A stretch of 64,000 nucleotides of DNA from Pseudomonadales bacterium (GCA_963693125.1 OY843767.1:2795549-2859548), one strand, 5' to 3'. Positions 1 to 10,295 are shown, numbered from the stretch's first letter. Notes: a model not told the origin generated them from the sequence alone. A program made the numbers and translations.

Positions 1-1170
1 GTTGCGGTCCATCTCGGCAACACACAGGTTACAGACAGTGCAGCCGGATTCAGATTTGGCACCCGTCTGGTAGTGAGTTACCAGAGCCGGGTCGTGGATT
101 AGAGCGCGACCAAGTTGAACGGCCTGATAGACGTCTGCCAGTGCGCGATGGACACTGTCCAGACTTTGCACACCACCCACGCAGATAAGTGGCAGGCTCA
201 CAGCCTCCTTTACCTTTGCCGCATGCTTCATGAAATAGAGTTCTTCAAACGGTTGCGAGCGCAGCACTGGCTTTGCAAAGGTGTAAACGACTTTATCGAT
301 AAAACGCCTTTGCACTTTTATCAACTCGTTCACGAATGTTGGGCCGCGAAAAAGATACATGGCATTTCTGCTTGTGAAGCCGCCGGACAGTACGATGGCA
401 TCGGCTTCGTTCTGCTCCAGCATTTTCGCGAACTCGATACTGTCATCCAGTTCCAGCCCGCCGCGGAAGCCATCTCGCAGGTTCATCTTGATGATGATGG
501 GAACATTCCGGCCCACGCCCTGCCTGACGGCATGGATGACTTCCAGGGGAAATCGGGCGCGATTTGCAATGCTGCCGCCATACTCGTCGTCGCGTTTGTT
601 GATGGCCGGGCAGAGAAACTGACTGAGCAGGTAGCCGTGCCCCATGTGTAGCTCTACCGCATCGAAGCCCGCCTGAATCGCTCGTTCCGCAGACACACGA
701 TAGTCCCCGCACAGTTCTGTCAGTTCGTCCCTGCGTAACGCGCGGGTCAAAGGTGCACCGGCAAATGCTCCAAGCATGTTCAAGCCGTTGCTGGGACCAC
801 GGGCGCGCCTTGCAAACCAGCCGCTCCATTTGGAAGTGCCACCACAATGCGCCAACTGGATTGACGCCCTGGCGCCGTGGAGATGAATCTTGTCGGTAAC
901 GTAGCGCAGGTCATCCAGAATGTCGTCCTGCAGGCACATCTGGTCATCGAATGTACGACCGCCGGGTTCAACGGAGCCGTATGACACAGTGCAAAGGCCG
1001 ACGCCTCCTTTGGCGAATGCCTCGTGGAAACCAGCGAGACCGTCCCGGTCTGGCCGCCCGCCCGGGCAATGACCTTCAAAGGTTGCCGCTTTGATAAATC
1101 GATTACGGAGTTCCAGCCCTCGCAGTGTCCAGGGCGCAAAAGGGTCTATCCGGTCAGCTATTTCAGTCAT
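1..1170 (-). CDS. NADH:flavin oxidoreductase, Old Yellow Enzyme / 2,4-dienoyl-CoA reductase family (C-terminus runs off the window; absent from supplied ORF track)
   Basis: Hand translation of minus strand from ATG at 1170 (MTEIADRIDPFAPW...) stays open to position 1. It contains the OYE signature HMGHGYLLSQFLCPAINKRDDEYGGSIANRARFPLEV. Confidence 0.8.
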   Translation of the reverse strand, partial: MTEIADRIDPFAPWTLRGLELRNRFIKAATFEGHCPGGRPDRDGLAGFHEAFAKGGVGLCTVSYGSVEPGGRTFDDQMCLQDDILDDLRYVTDKIHLHGARASIQLAHCGGTSKWSGWFARRARGPSNGLNMLGAFAGAPLTRALRRDELTELCGDYRVSAERAIQAGFDAVELHMGHGYLLSQFLCPAINKRDDEYGGSIANRARFPLEVIHAVRQGVGRNVPIIIKMNLRDGFRGGLELDDSIEFAKMLEQNEADAIVLSGGFTSRNAMYLFRGPTFVNELIKVQRRFIDKVVYTFAKPVLRSQPFEELYFMKHAAKVKEAVSLPLICVGGVQSLDSVHRALADVYQAVQLGRALIHDPALVTHYQTGAKSESGCTVCNLCVAEMDRN

Positions 1171-1192
1171 TTGGGCGAACCAGAGATCATGC

Positions 1193-2071
1193 TTAGATGA
1201 CACGCGCCGGATGAGGAATGCGTGGTTCGCCCAGTTGGTCGCGATAAGAGGGCGGCTGTTTATCATCGCGATCAAGAATGCCGTATTCCACGGCGAGTTC
1301 TGCGGTTATAAGGGTCTGTCCTGACTTTTCCATGCGCCTGTCGTCACAGGCAAGCTGGTAAATCACCCTGCCGTTAAATTGAGGCGTTTCCGCCAGGGCC
1401 ATGAACCCCTCATACTGTTCACCTCTGTACGCCAGTACAGCTTCGGTGCGCTCGGTGACCAAAGGTCCAAGCCACAGTGAGATGGCCGCCACATTTTCAT
1501 TTTCCAGGTCGACACCCATGTCGGCTGCGAACTTGTCGTAACCGGCTTTTTGCGCACCGTAGGCGGGACCATGCATATAGCAGACGCCACCAAATGATGA
1601 TGTGAACGTAATGAGTCCAAACCGGTTTTTGGTCATGAGCTTCGCCGCATAGTAGCTTGCCACGTAAGCTGACCGCAGACCGACGTCAAGAATGTTCATC
1701 AGCCCGATTGGCTTTTCCCAGAAGCCGCCCGGGTCAATCAGGTTTTCGTGAACGTGGGCGGCATTGTTCACCAGAATGTCGAGTCTGTTTTCCTGTGACT
1801 CGATTTGCTCGATGACTGCCCTGGTTTGTACGTCACTGGCATGATCACAGGTGATCGCAACACCCTTGCCGCCGGCTTCGTTGATTTCCCGTAGGGTCTG
1901 TTCGAGCGTGCCCTTCAGGGTTTCACCGCGAAATGTGGCGGAAGACTTTGTTTCTGACCGTCCTGTGATATAGACGGTCATACCGCACTGGGCCAATCCG
2001 AGGGCGATACCCTTTCCGGCACCCCGGGATGCGCCAGTGACAAGTGCGACCTTTGGTTCCGACATAGCCAT
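1193..2071 (-). CDS. Short-chain dehydrogenase/reductase (SDR)
   Basis: 292-aa ORF with Rossmann motif VTGASRGAGKG and catalytic YGAQK. Confidence 0.85.
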   Translation of the reverse strand: MAMSEPKVALVTGASRGAGKGIALGLAQCGMTVYITGRSETKSSATFRGETLKGTLEQTLREINEAGGKGVAITCDHASDVQTRAVIEQIESQENRLDILVNNAAHVHENLIDPGGFWEKPIGLMNILDVGLRSAYVASYYAAKLMTKNRFGLITFTSSFGGVCYMHGPAYGAQKAGYDKFAADMGVDLENENVAAISLWLGPLVTERTEAVLAYRGEQYEGFMALAETPQFNGRVIYQLACDDRRMEKSGQTLITAELAVEYGILDRDDKQPPSYRDQLGEPRIPHPARVI

Positions 2072-2214
2072 ACCCTGTTACCGTTCGATTCCAGAAAATC
2101 TACCGAAATGATACGAATATTGCAAACAAGACAACCATTGCTTTTCATAATTCGCACTAAAGAATATACTAAACTACGCATAGTGATAAAATCAGATGAT
2201 ATTAAGGCCAAACA

Positions 2215-3930
2215 ATGAATCCTGATCATCCCAATTGGTTCTCGTCAGTTCAGGCGCCTCAACGCATTGGTTCAAGCAGGGAAATTGACTGGGACCATGA
2301 AGTTGATTTTCTTGTCGCTGGTTTCGGTGGCGCCGGTGTTTCTGCCGCGCTAAGAGCCGTTGAGCAGGGGCTTGAAACAATGGTCATTGATAAATCTGCC
2401 GGTGGTGGTGCGACGCTGGCGAGCGGCGGGGTGCTGTATGCCGGTGGTGGCACATCCGTTCAGGCGTCTGTTGGTGAGGTCGATACCCCGGACAACATGT
2501 TCAACTACCTGAGGCTGGAGACAGGTGACATCGTCTCTGAAGAAACCCTGCGCCGGTTTTGTGAGAACAGTGCCGGGGATCTCGACTGGCTAATGTCACA
2601 TGGCGTTCAATTCAGCGGTCCTGTGTGGAAGCAGAAAACGTCCTATCCTGACGTGGCGTATTTTCTGTACCACTCTGACAACTCGCTGTTACCGGAATAT
2701 CAAAAACATGCCCGACCGGCCGCCAGAGGTCATCGAGGTGTGATTCGAAAAGGGCGCAGTGCGGTTGATCTGGGCGGTTCGATATTCAATCCACTCAGGC
2801 GGGCATGCCAGAGTCTTGGCGTTGGGATTCACACCGAGACATCAGTGGAACAGTTGATCTTCTCTACGGATGAGCAAAAGGTTGTGGGAGTTCGCGCGTG
2901 GCGATTTCCCCACAAGTCGTCTGCCCGCAAGAAGGCATCCCGATACAGGCGATTGGCTCGCGTGGTTCGATGGGTCTACCCATTTTTTTTACCGGGTGCC
3001 CAATATGTCCACCGGCTGGCAGATCGAATGAACCGGATGGTGGCTGATCTCGAAGCAACACATCGGGAAGCCGTTACCTATCGGGCCAGGGTTGGCGTAT
3101 GTATCAGCGCCGGAGGATTTATATTCAACAGACAGATGGTTGAATACTATTGCCCGGAATTTCTTGAAGGCATGCCCCTGGGCACACCGGCTGATGATGG
3201 CTCCGGCATCCGATTAGGGCAGAGTGTGGGTGGGGTCGTTGCACACATGAACCGCGCGACAGCCTGGCGCTTTGTTAATCCGCCACTTTCGTGGGCGCGG
3301 GGCATTATTGTGAACAGCAGGGGTGCGCGTTTTGTTAACGAGATGACCTATGGTGCGACCATTGGTGAAGCCCTTGTGCGGAAAGCTGGTGGCAGGGCAA
3401 CGCTGTTGCTCGACGGTGACCTTGTCAGGTCTGCATGGCGAGAAATCCGGCCGACCAGGGTTTTGCCGTTCCAGTGGCAACTTGGCATGTTGAATATGCT
3501 GTTTGGCATGAAAAAATTTGCTGACCTGCCGACAATCTGCCGACAGCTTGGATTTGAGCAAAACACGCTCTCGGCGACGCTGGCGCAGGTGCGGGCCGTG
3601 GCTGAAGGTTCGATTAGTGAACCCTTTGGCAAGCCTGACAGTGATGTTCCGGCGTTGAATTTTCCTCTCTATGCCATTGATGTTTCTCTGGATACGAAAC
3701 TGTTGCCCTGCGCCGTGCTCACCATGGGCGGGCTGAGGGTTAACGAAAACACCGGTGAAGTACTTGGCGAGCAGGGGGAGCCGGTCGGGGGACTCTATGC
3801 TGCGGGTCGGAGCGCGGTTGGGATTCCATCGAATCTGTACATGAGTGGTTTGTCAATCGCCGATTGTGTGTTTTCCGGATTAAGGGCGGCGGACCATGCC
3901 GCGTCACTGATAAAAGAGGGAACGACATAA
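2215..3930 (+). CDS. FAD-dependent oxidoreductase of the KstD / fumarate-reductase flavoprotein family (possible 3-ketosteroid dehydrogenase paralog)
   Basis: 571-aa ORF with N-terminal dinucleotide fold DFLVAGFGGAGVSAALRA. GGATLASGGVLYAGGG and the C-terminal GLYAAGR motif are typical of this family. Lies among steroid-cluster genes. Confidence 0.7.
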   Translation: MNPDHPNWFSSVQAPQRIGSSREIDWDHEVDFLVAGFGGAGVSAALRAVEQGLETMVIDKSAGGGATLASGGVLYAGGGTSVQASVGEVDTPDNMFNYLRLETGDIVSEETLRRFCENSAGDLDWLMSHGVQFSGPVWKQKTSYPDVAYFLYHSDNSLLPEYQKHARPAARGHRGVIRKGRSAVDLGGSIFNPLRRACQSLGVGIHTETSVEQLIFSTDEQKVVGVRAWRFPHKSSARKKASRYRRLARVVRWVYPFFLPGAQYVHRLADRMNRMVADLEATHREAVTYRARVGVCISAGGFIFNRQMVEYYCPEFLEGMPLGTPADDGSGIRLGQSVGGVVAHMNRATAWRFVNPPLSWARGIIVNSRGARFVNEMTYGATIGEALVRKAGGRATLLLDGDLVRSAWREIRPTRVLPFQWQLGMLNMLFGMKKFADLPTICRQLGFEQNTLSATLAQVRAVAEGSISEPFGKPDSDVPALNFPLYAIDVSLDTKLLPCAVLTMGGLRVNENTGEVLGEQGEPVGGLYAAGRSAVGIPSNLYMSGLSIADCVFSGLRAADHAASLIKEGTT

Positions 3931-3942
3931 TTACGCAGGTCG

Positions 3943-4731
3943 TCAAGACTTCGTCGGCGGAGACCCCGGCAGGTTTGGGAAGTAGATACCCGCAGTCATT
4001 CCGCCATCAATCGTGAGTTCTGTGCCGTTACAGTAGGCTGAAGCATCTGAAGCCAGGTAGACGGCGCCGTTGGCGATTTCTTCCGCCGATGAGCCGCGTT
4101 GCATGGGTACAAACTGATAGCCTTTATCCAGCTCTTCCTGGGATTCGCCAAGCGGATTGGTCATTGGCGTATTGACCCCGCCAGGGTGTATCGAATTGAC
4201 CCGAATACCCTGTGGTCCCAACTCAAGTGCCGCACCCCTGGTCAAGCCGCGAACAGCGAATTTGCTGGCGGCATAGCCGGAAATAAAATTGGATGGCTGT
4301 ATGCCGGAAGCGGAGGAAATATTGATAATGCTGCCGTGCCCCATTGCTTTCATATGCGGTATGACTGTCTGCATACCGAGCAGGGTGCCGGTTACGTTCA
4401 CATCAAGCATGTGCCGAAAGTTTTCAACGGCCAGTTCATCGACTGTGCCGAATGCGAGAACGCCGGCGTTATTGACCAGCACGTCCGGTGCACCAACACG
4501 CTGCACAATATCTGCAATGACATGCTGCCAGGAAGACTCACTGGTAACGTCTAATGACGCGCTGCTCATCCGGTCAGTTGATTTGAATGTCATCTCCTGG
4601 ATATCGCATCGAACGACGTGTTTGATACCCTGCTGAACAAAAGCTTCAGCAATCGCAGCGCCAATACCCCGGGCGGCGCCGGTGACAATAGCGACCTTTC
4701 CGGATAGATCAAACGGAGATAACCGGCTCAT
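3943..4731 (-). CDS. SDR family oxidoreductase (hydroxysteroid dehydrogenase-like)
   Basis: 262-aa ORF with TGAARGIGAA and YAASKFAV. 4-nt overlap with the upstream kstD-like gene. Confidence 0.85.
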   Translation of the reverse strand: MSRLSPFDLSGKVAIVTGAARGIGAAIAEAFVQQGIKHVVRCDIQEMTFKSTDRMSSASLDVTSESSWQHVIADIVQRVGAPDVLVNNAGVLAFGTVDELAVENFRHMLDVNVTGTLLGMQTVIPHMKAMGHGSIINISSASGIQPSNFISGYAASKFAVRGLTRGAALELGPQGIRVNSIHPGGVNTPMTNPLGESQEELDKGYQFVPMQRGSSAEEIANGAVYLASDASAYCNGTELTIDGGMTAGIYFPNLPGSPPTKS

Positions 4732-6422
4732 TGGTTTTGCGCCGCGTGATGAGCCGCCAGATAGCCGAATGTCATCGCTGGCCCCAGGGTGGACCCGGCA
4801 CCGGGGTAGGTGCGGCCCATGACGGATGCGCTGGTGTTACCGATGGCGTATAACCCTTTAATCGGCTGATGATCAGTGTTGAGCGCAACGCCGTTTTCAT
4901 CGGTGAGGATGCCGCCTTTGGTGCCAATATCGCCGGGGAAAATTTTGATCGCGTAGAACGGGGCTTTGCTCAATGGCGCAAGGCAGGGGTTCGGTTGGTT
5001 GCGTGGGTCGCCATAGTATCTGTCGTATCCGTTCACGCCGCGATGGAAGTCCGGATCTTCACCTTTGGCGGCATATTCGTTGAATCGGTTGAACGTTGCA
5101 TCCAGGACAGCGCTTTCAACACCAATCGCCTCAGCCAGTGCGGCAATACTTTCTCCTTTTTTCAGCATATCCCTGATGCTGGGCTTTAGTGCCCTGTCCA
5201 GCATGGGTGGTCCTGGGAAAATGGGTCCGACGGGGTACTGGTCACGATACCTGGCATCAAAAACAAACCATGATGGAATGGTGGCGCATTCGTCTGAATG
5301 CCGACGCATCATTTCGCCGCCGGCAACATGGTAGGAAGCAGACTCGTTCATGTAACGTTTGCCCTGTTGATTGATGATCATACATCCCGGCAGGCTTCTT
5401 TCGGCGAACGTGGGGCGTGCCCGGTCTTCGTCGCCAAACTTGAAGCAGGGCGCCCACCAGGCTGAATCCATGAACTCAAGGGCTGCGCCAATTTTCTCAG
5501 CCTCCTGAATGGCATCGCCGGTGTTGTTGTGCTGTGAACCTGACCATTGTGTTGAACTGATTTCGCCGAGGTTCCTGCGCCGCATCTCATCGTTTTGCTC
5601 GAAGCCACCTGCGGCCAGGATGACTCCTCTGCGAGCGGTAATCGCAATGCTCTGCCCGACATAATCGACCAAAGCCCCGGTCACCTGACCATTTTCGACA
5701 GTGAGTTCACGCAGAGATACACCCAGCCGTAAAGGTACCTGTCGTTCGTTCAGGGCACGACGCAGTTGTCCCAGCAGTGAGTTACCTGCCGTCAGGCGAC
5801 GGTCCCTGGGGGTTTTGTAACGCTGTGGCAGATCGAGATAATAGCGTGTCATGATTTTGAGCATCGTCCAGATCCAGCCGGGGCGGCGAGTGATCATGGG
5901 GCGGGCTTCACTAATCGTCCAATTCACTCTGCCAAATGCCTGAGCCGCACAATGCATGGGTTGCAGTGTTAAATAGTCAGGGCCCAGTTGACCGGCGGTC
6001 ATCGGCAATGGTTCGTGAGAGCGGTGTTCCTTCGCGCCTTCCAAATCCATGTGGTAGTCGGCGTAGGTGACTGATTGAAATTTTGTGCCGCATTTGTCTT
6101 CCAGAAAGTGAAGCATCCTGCTGGCATTGTTGATATAGGCACGGAGTCTGGACTCAGGAACCTCATCACCAATCAGACCGTGGAGATAGGCAAATGCCTC
6201 ATCGTGAGAGTCCGCAGCACCGGCCTGCTCCATGTGACGAGTGCAGGGTATCCAGAGTGTGCCGCCGGACGTGGCTGACGTTCCGCCCCACAGGTGCGCT
6301 TTTTCGATGATCAGTACCTTCAAGCCGAGTTCAGCGGCCGTGTTTGCCGCTGTCAGGGCACCGGCACCGGAGCCGACGACCAGCAGATCGGTATCCCAGT
6401 CGCCATTGTTGATATTCGTCAT
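4728..6422 (-). CDS. kstD: 3-oxosteroid 1-dehydrogenase-like flavoprotein
   Basis: 564-aa ORF with DLLVVGSGAGALTAA and WGGTSATSGGTLWIP. Size and motifs are typical of KstD. Confidence 0.75.
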   Translation of the reverse strand: MTNINNGDWDTDLLVVGSGAGALTAANTAAELGLKVLIIEKAHLWGGTSATSGGTLWIPCTRHMEQAGAADSHDEAFAYLHGLIGDEVPESRLRAYINNASRMLHFLEDKCGTKFQSVTYADYHMDLEGAKEHRSHEPLPMTAGQLGPDYLTLQPMHCAAQAFGRVNWTISEARPMITRRPGWIWTMLKIMTRYYLDLPQRYKTPRDRRLTAGNSLLGQLRRALNERQVPLRLGVSLRELTVENGQVTGALVDYVGQSIAITARRGVILAAGGFEQNDEMRRRNLGEISSTQWSGSQHNNTGDAIQEAEKIGAALEFMDSAWWAPCFKFGDEDRARPTFAERSLPGCMIINQQGKRYMNESASYHVAGGEMMRRHSDECATIPSWFVFDARYRDQYPVGPIFPGPPMLDRALKPSIRDMLKKGESIAALAEAIGVESAVLDATFNRFNEYAAKGEDPDFHRGVNGYDRYYGDPRNQPNPCLAPLSKAPFYAIKIFPGDIGTKGGILTDENGVALNTDHQPIKGLYAIGNTSASVMGRTYPGAGSTLGPAMTFGYLAAHHAAQNQ

Positions 6423-6579
6423 ATTTATCCTCGATAACTGCGCTAATAGACGGAATCGGATGAAAAAGATAACACAATGCGTAAAAAAAAAGAAAATAAA
6501 TACGCAAATGGTTTACCGAAGGTGATGTTCTCATCATAATGAGATCATCCATCAGTATCAATATAGTAGAAGGACCCGC

Positions 6580-7662
6580 ATGCAATTTGAGTTCACAGAG
6601 GAACAAAAACTCATACAACAAATGTTGAATGAGTTTGCCAGTGAACATGGTACCAGCGAGCGGGTCCGCAGGGCGATGACCTCATCCCCGGGCTATGACC
6701 TGTCAACCTGGCGGGCAATGTCCGGTGAGCTGGGTTTGACGGGGCTATTGATAGACGGCGCCTGCGGTGGCCAGAATCTGGGTCTGGTTGAACTGGCTTT
6801 GATATTTGAGGCTCTGGGGCGAAGGTTGATACCATCGCCGTTGTTATCTTCAGCGGTCATCGGTGCAACGGTGATCGGTCTGTGGCCTGACGACAGGGTT
6901 AAGAAAGAATGGCTCCCAAAAGTCGCTACGGGGGAATGTCAGGTGGCAGTTGCCGCCCTGGATGGTGATGAAGCCCGGTTTGTGTTGTCCGCTGAATCCG
7001 CAGATCTGCTCTTGTTGGTCGATAGGTCACGCAATCATTCAACTCATGCGGTTGTGGCCGATGGGCCGGGACAGTTTGCCAACCTGGAGGTGTCGCGGTT
7101 GACGATGATGGATCAAACGCGGCCGATGTCACACATCAAAGTTAAAGGTGGTCTGCCCGATACCATGCTGGCGGAGGGCGATGAAGCGTCCACAGCATAC
7201 GGCACCGCAATGGATTTCGGTCGTATCGCGATTGCTGCGGAGGCGATTGGCGCTGCCCGCGAGTGTCTGGACCGAACGGTGGAATATGCAAAAGAACGTA
7301 TTCAGTTTGGGCGTCCCATTGGCAGCTTTCAGGCCGTGAAACACCAGCTTGCCGATATGATGGTTGTGATTGAGGCGGCAACATCAGCGGTGTACTTCGC
7401 GGCATGTAGTGCCAGTGAAGAGCCTGAAGGTAGAAGCCAGATGGCGGCGCTGGCAAAGGTTCAGGCGAGTGAGGCATTGTCTCATTGTGCCGCACGGATG
7501 ATTCAGTTACATGGTGGTATCGGTTTCACCTGGGAACACGATGCACATCTCTATTTCAAACGTGCGCGTGCGACAACAACACTGCTCGACAGCAACGATT
7601 CACTTGAAGAATCCATAGCGGACTCACTGGGCTTGTACCCGAAGAAGGGAGAAGCGGCATGA
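6580..7662 (+). CDS. Acyl-CoA dehydrogenase family protein (smaller partner of an overlapping ACAD pair)
   Basis: 360-aa ORF with ACAD-like N-terminal and C-terminal helical domains. 4-nt overlap with the next ACAD gene, as in steroid side-chain heteromeric FadE pairs. Confidence 0.8.
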   Translation: MQFEFTEEQKLIQQMLNEFASEHGTSERVRRAMTSSPGYDLSTWRAMSGELGLTGLLIDGACGGQNLGLVELALIFEALGRRLIPSPLLSSAVIGATVIGLWPDDRVKKEWLPKVATGECQVAVAALDGDEARFVLSAESADLLLLVDRSRNHSTHAVVADGPGQFANLEVSRLTMMDQTRPMSHIKVKGGLPDTMLAEGDEASTAYGTAMDFGRIAIAAEAIGAARECLDRTVEYAKERIQFGRPIGSFQAVKHQLADMMVVIEAATSAVYFAACSASEEPEGRSQMAALAKVQASEALSHCAARMIQLHGGIGFTWEHDAHLYFKRARATTTLLDSNDSLEESIADSLGLYPKKGEAA

Positions 7663-8846
7663 GGTTGGCGTTTACGGCGGAACAGGAAAAGTTCCGGTCT
7701 GAAGTCGCCGCCTGGCTGGACGGGCAACTGAGCGGCCCTTACCGGGATATTCGAGGCATTACCTCGCTAACAGCCGCACCGGAACGGCGGCGTGCCTGGG
7801 AGAAGACCCTGGGTGAAGCGGGCTGGAGCGCGATTGGCTGGCCTGAAAAATACGGCGGCAGAAATGCTGATTTGGCGCAGCAGGTGATTTTTGCGGAAGA
7901 ATACGCGCGGGCAGGAGCGCCCGGTCGCCTGGGACACATGGGTGTGGAGCTGGCCGGCCCAACCATTCTTGCCTTCGGCAGTGATGAACAAAAAGCGCGA
8001 TTCCTACCCGGAATTTCCGCCGGTGAAGAGATGTGGTGTCAGGGTTATTCTGAACCCGGCGCCGGCTCTGACCTTTCCAATGTACGGACCAAAGCGGCAC
8101 TTCAAGATGGTGCAAACGGAAAAGAGTGGGTCATTGAAGGTCAAAAAATCTGGACGTCACTCGCGCAGTTTGCCGAGTGGTGTTTTCTGGTCTGCAGAAC
8201 AACGCCCGGGAGCAAGGGCAGAGAGGGCCTTTCGTACCTGCTCGTTCCGATGCGTCAAGACGGCGTTGATATTCGACCGATCAGGCAAATCACCGGCGAG
8301 GCGGATTTCAACGAAGTGTTCTTCGACGGCGCGGTCACTGCGGCCGGGAACATTGTTGGAGAAGCCGGCAATGGCTGGCAGGTAGCGATGGGTACGCTGT
8401 CTTTTGAGAGGGGCGTATCAACACTGGCCCAACAGATGCAGTTTCGAAATGAACTGAATGCGATCATCAGGGCGGCAAATGAAAATGGCAGTTCGGCTGA
8501 TCCGGTCATTCGACGTCGCATTGCAAAATCCTGGCGTGGTTTACAGGCCATGCGGGCGAGTGCGCTCAGAATGTTGTCCGGAGCAGATTCCGGTCAGCTA
8601 AGCGGCCCTCAGTTTACTTACAAAATCTACTGGGCAAGCTGGCATCGCGAGTTGGGAGAACTTGCCATGGATGTGCTTGGGCAGGCGGGTGAGGTCGCCT
8701 CTGACGATTACCTGCCGGGGGACCTGCCTCGCATGTTCCTCTTTTCGCGTGCGGATACCATATACGCGGGCACTAACCAGATTCAGCGCAACGTGATTGC
8801 GGAGCGCGCACTGGGTCTGCCAAAGGAACCGCGAGGCGCACAATAA
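7659..8846 (+). CDS. Acyl-CoA dehydrogenase family protein (larger partner of the pair)
   Basis: 395-aa ORF with WCQGYSEPGAGSDL and IYAGTNQIQRNVIAE, both typical ACAD motifs. Confidence 0.85.
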   Translation: MRLAFTAEQEKFRSEVAAWLDGQLSGPYRDIRGITSLTAAPERRRAWEKTLGEAGWSAIGWPEKYGGRNADLAQQVIFAEEYARAGAPGRLGHMGVELAGPTILAFGSDEQKARFLPGISAGEEMWCQGYSEPGAGSDLSNVRTKAALQDGANGKEWVIEGQKIWTSLAQFAEWCFLVCRTTPGSKGREGLSYLLVPMRQDGVDIRPIRQITGEADFNEVFFDGAVTAAGNIVGEAGNGWQVAMGTLSFERGVSTLAQQMQFRNELNAIIRAANENGSSADPVIRRRIAKSWRGLQAMRASALRMLSGADSGQLSGPQFTYKIYWASWHRELGELAMDVLGQAGEVASDDYLPGDLPRMFLFSRADTIYAGTNQIQRNVIAERALGLPKEPRGAQ

Positions 8847-8883
8847 TTTAGTGCCCACACGGGCAGATACGACAGGAGGATGA

Positions 8884-9621
8884 ATGAGTAGCTTACAGGG
8901 AAAAACCGTTCTGGTAACCGGCGCCGCCTCGGGCATTGGTGCGGCGGTTGTCGAGGAGTTAGTCAATGCGGGTGCTACCGTGCTTGCGGCAGACCGGGAG
9001 GAGGCGGACGAGTTGCCCCGGCCTCATCGCAGATTAATCGTTGATGTCAGCAATGAAGCGTCGGTTGAAAGTGCTTTTGAAGGTGTGACGACCCTGGATG
9101 GGTTGGTCAATGCCGCCGGTATAACAGAACAGGGTCCGATTCAAACCGTGGACATGGCGCAGTGGCAAAAAGTCATTGGCGTTAACCTGACTGGAACGAT
9201 GCTGATGGCCAGACATGCCACCAACTTGATGTTGCAAAACAAGCTGGCCGGTTCGATTGTCAACATTTCAAGCGCCTATGGTCTGACAGGTGGTCCCGGC
9301 AATGTTGCCTACAATGTATCGAAGTCGGGGGTCGCGCAGTTAACACGTTGCATGGCCGCTGACCTTGGGAGAAACAACATCCGGGTCAATGCGGTGTGCC
9401 CGGGTTACATAGAAACACCGATGACCGATATGCTGAAACATGCGGGCGCATTCAGGGATCAATTTGTCGCCATGCATCTTCTGCAGCGACCCGGATTGCC
9501 CGGGGAAGTCGCCAAAGCGATTTGTTTTCTGCTTTCAGATGACGCGTCGTATATATCCGGTGTCAACCTTCCCGTCGATGGTGGTTTCACCGCCGCCCAC
9601 ATGCCGCCGGTAAATCTATAA
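8884..9621 (+). CDS. SDR family oxidoreductase
   Basis: 245-aa ORF with TGAASGIGAA and YNVSKSG. A GGAGGA Shine-Dalgarno lies upstream. Confidence 0.85.
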   Translation: MSSLQGKTVLVTGAASGIGAAVVEELVNAGATVLAADREEADELPRPHRRLIVDVSNEASVESAFEGVTTLDGLVNAAGITEQGPIQTVDMAQWQKVIGVNLTGTMLMARHATNLMLQNKLAGSIVNISSAYGLTGGPGNVAYNVSKSGVAQLTRCMAADLGRNNIRVNAVCPGYIETPMTDMLKHAGAFRDQFVAMHLLQRPGLPGEVAKAICFLLSDDASYISGVNLPVDGGFTAAHMPPVNL

Positions 9622-9667
9622 TGTGTATAAAGATGGCCTGGCGTAAGAGATTGTGCTTTTTATCGCC

Positions 9668-10261
9668 CTATTCAAACGGACGATAATGTGGATGGTCTGC
9701 AATCGCCAGCATTTGTTTATCGCCACTACTATCACCGTATGCATGTATCACCTCATAATCATCAAGGGACAAACAGGCCTTGATGCGATCCACCTTTTCC
9801 TGGCCATGACAATTGGCGCCTTCAAATCGTCCGGTCAATATGCCACCTTGTTGTGCCATACGGGTACTTAACAATTCAAGCCCTTCTGCCTGGCAAAAGC
9901 CCTTGAGCCAGGTGTCAATTGATGCGGAGACCAAAATTACCCGATGACCCTGTGTCTTGTGCCAGCGCAGCTTTTCTATTGCTTTGGGCCTGATGATCCT
10001 GACGATCCGCGCTTTGGTATATTGTTCACCGAGTCGCTCAATTTTTTCAACCGTCCAGCCTTTGAAATAAAATCCAAGTAATTTTTCTTTGGCGACGTTG
10101 TTTTTCATCAGTTTCAATAGAAAAGCAGCCAGTATCGGACTCATAACCAACAAGCCCAGGTAATAACGTGGTTTGCCCACGGCATATTGAATAAAATCCA
10201 ATAACGAGTCTTTGGTCGTTATGGTGCCGTCAAAGTCGAACAGTGCCAGTTCTTTTTTCAC
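9668..10261 (-). CDS. HAD-IB family phosphatase (last gene of the island operon)
   Basis: 197-aa ORF with GTG start. HAD motif I FDFDGTIT and C-terminal GDSSGD. Confidence 0.8.
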   Translation of the reverse strand: MKKELALFDFDGTITTKDSLLDFIQYAVGKPRYYLGLLVMSPILAAFLLKLMKNNVAKEKLLGFYFKGWTVEKIERLGEQYTKARIVRIIRPKAIEKLRWHKTQGHRVILVSASIDTWLKGFCQAEGLELLSTRMAQQGGILTGRFEGANCHGQEKVDRIKACLSLDDYEVIHAYGDSSGDKQMLAIADHPHYRPFE

Positions 10262-10295
10262 CGGAAATAATTCCCTGTCAGTACCCTTCGGTTCA

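Noticed and set aside
115-1139. ORF-track entries 115-651(+), 443-847(-) and 780-1139(-) at the left edge.
   Set aside because: All overlap a much better edge-truncated minus-strand reading frame (1-1170) with a clear Old Yellow Enzyme signature. They are shadow ORFs.
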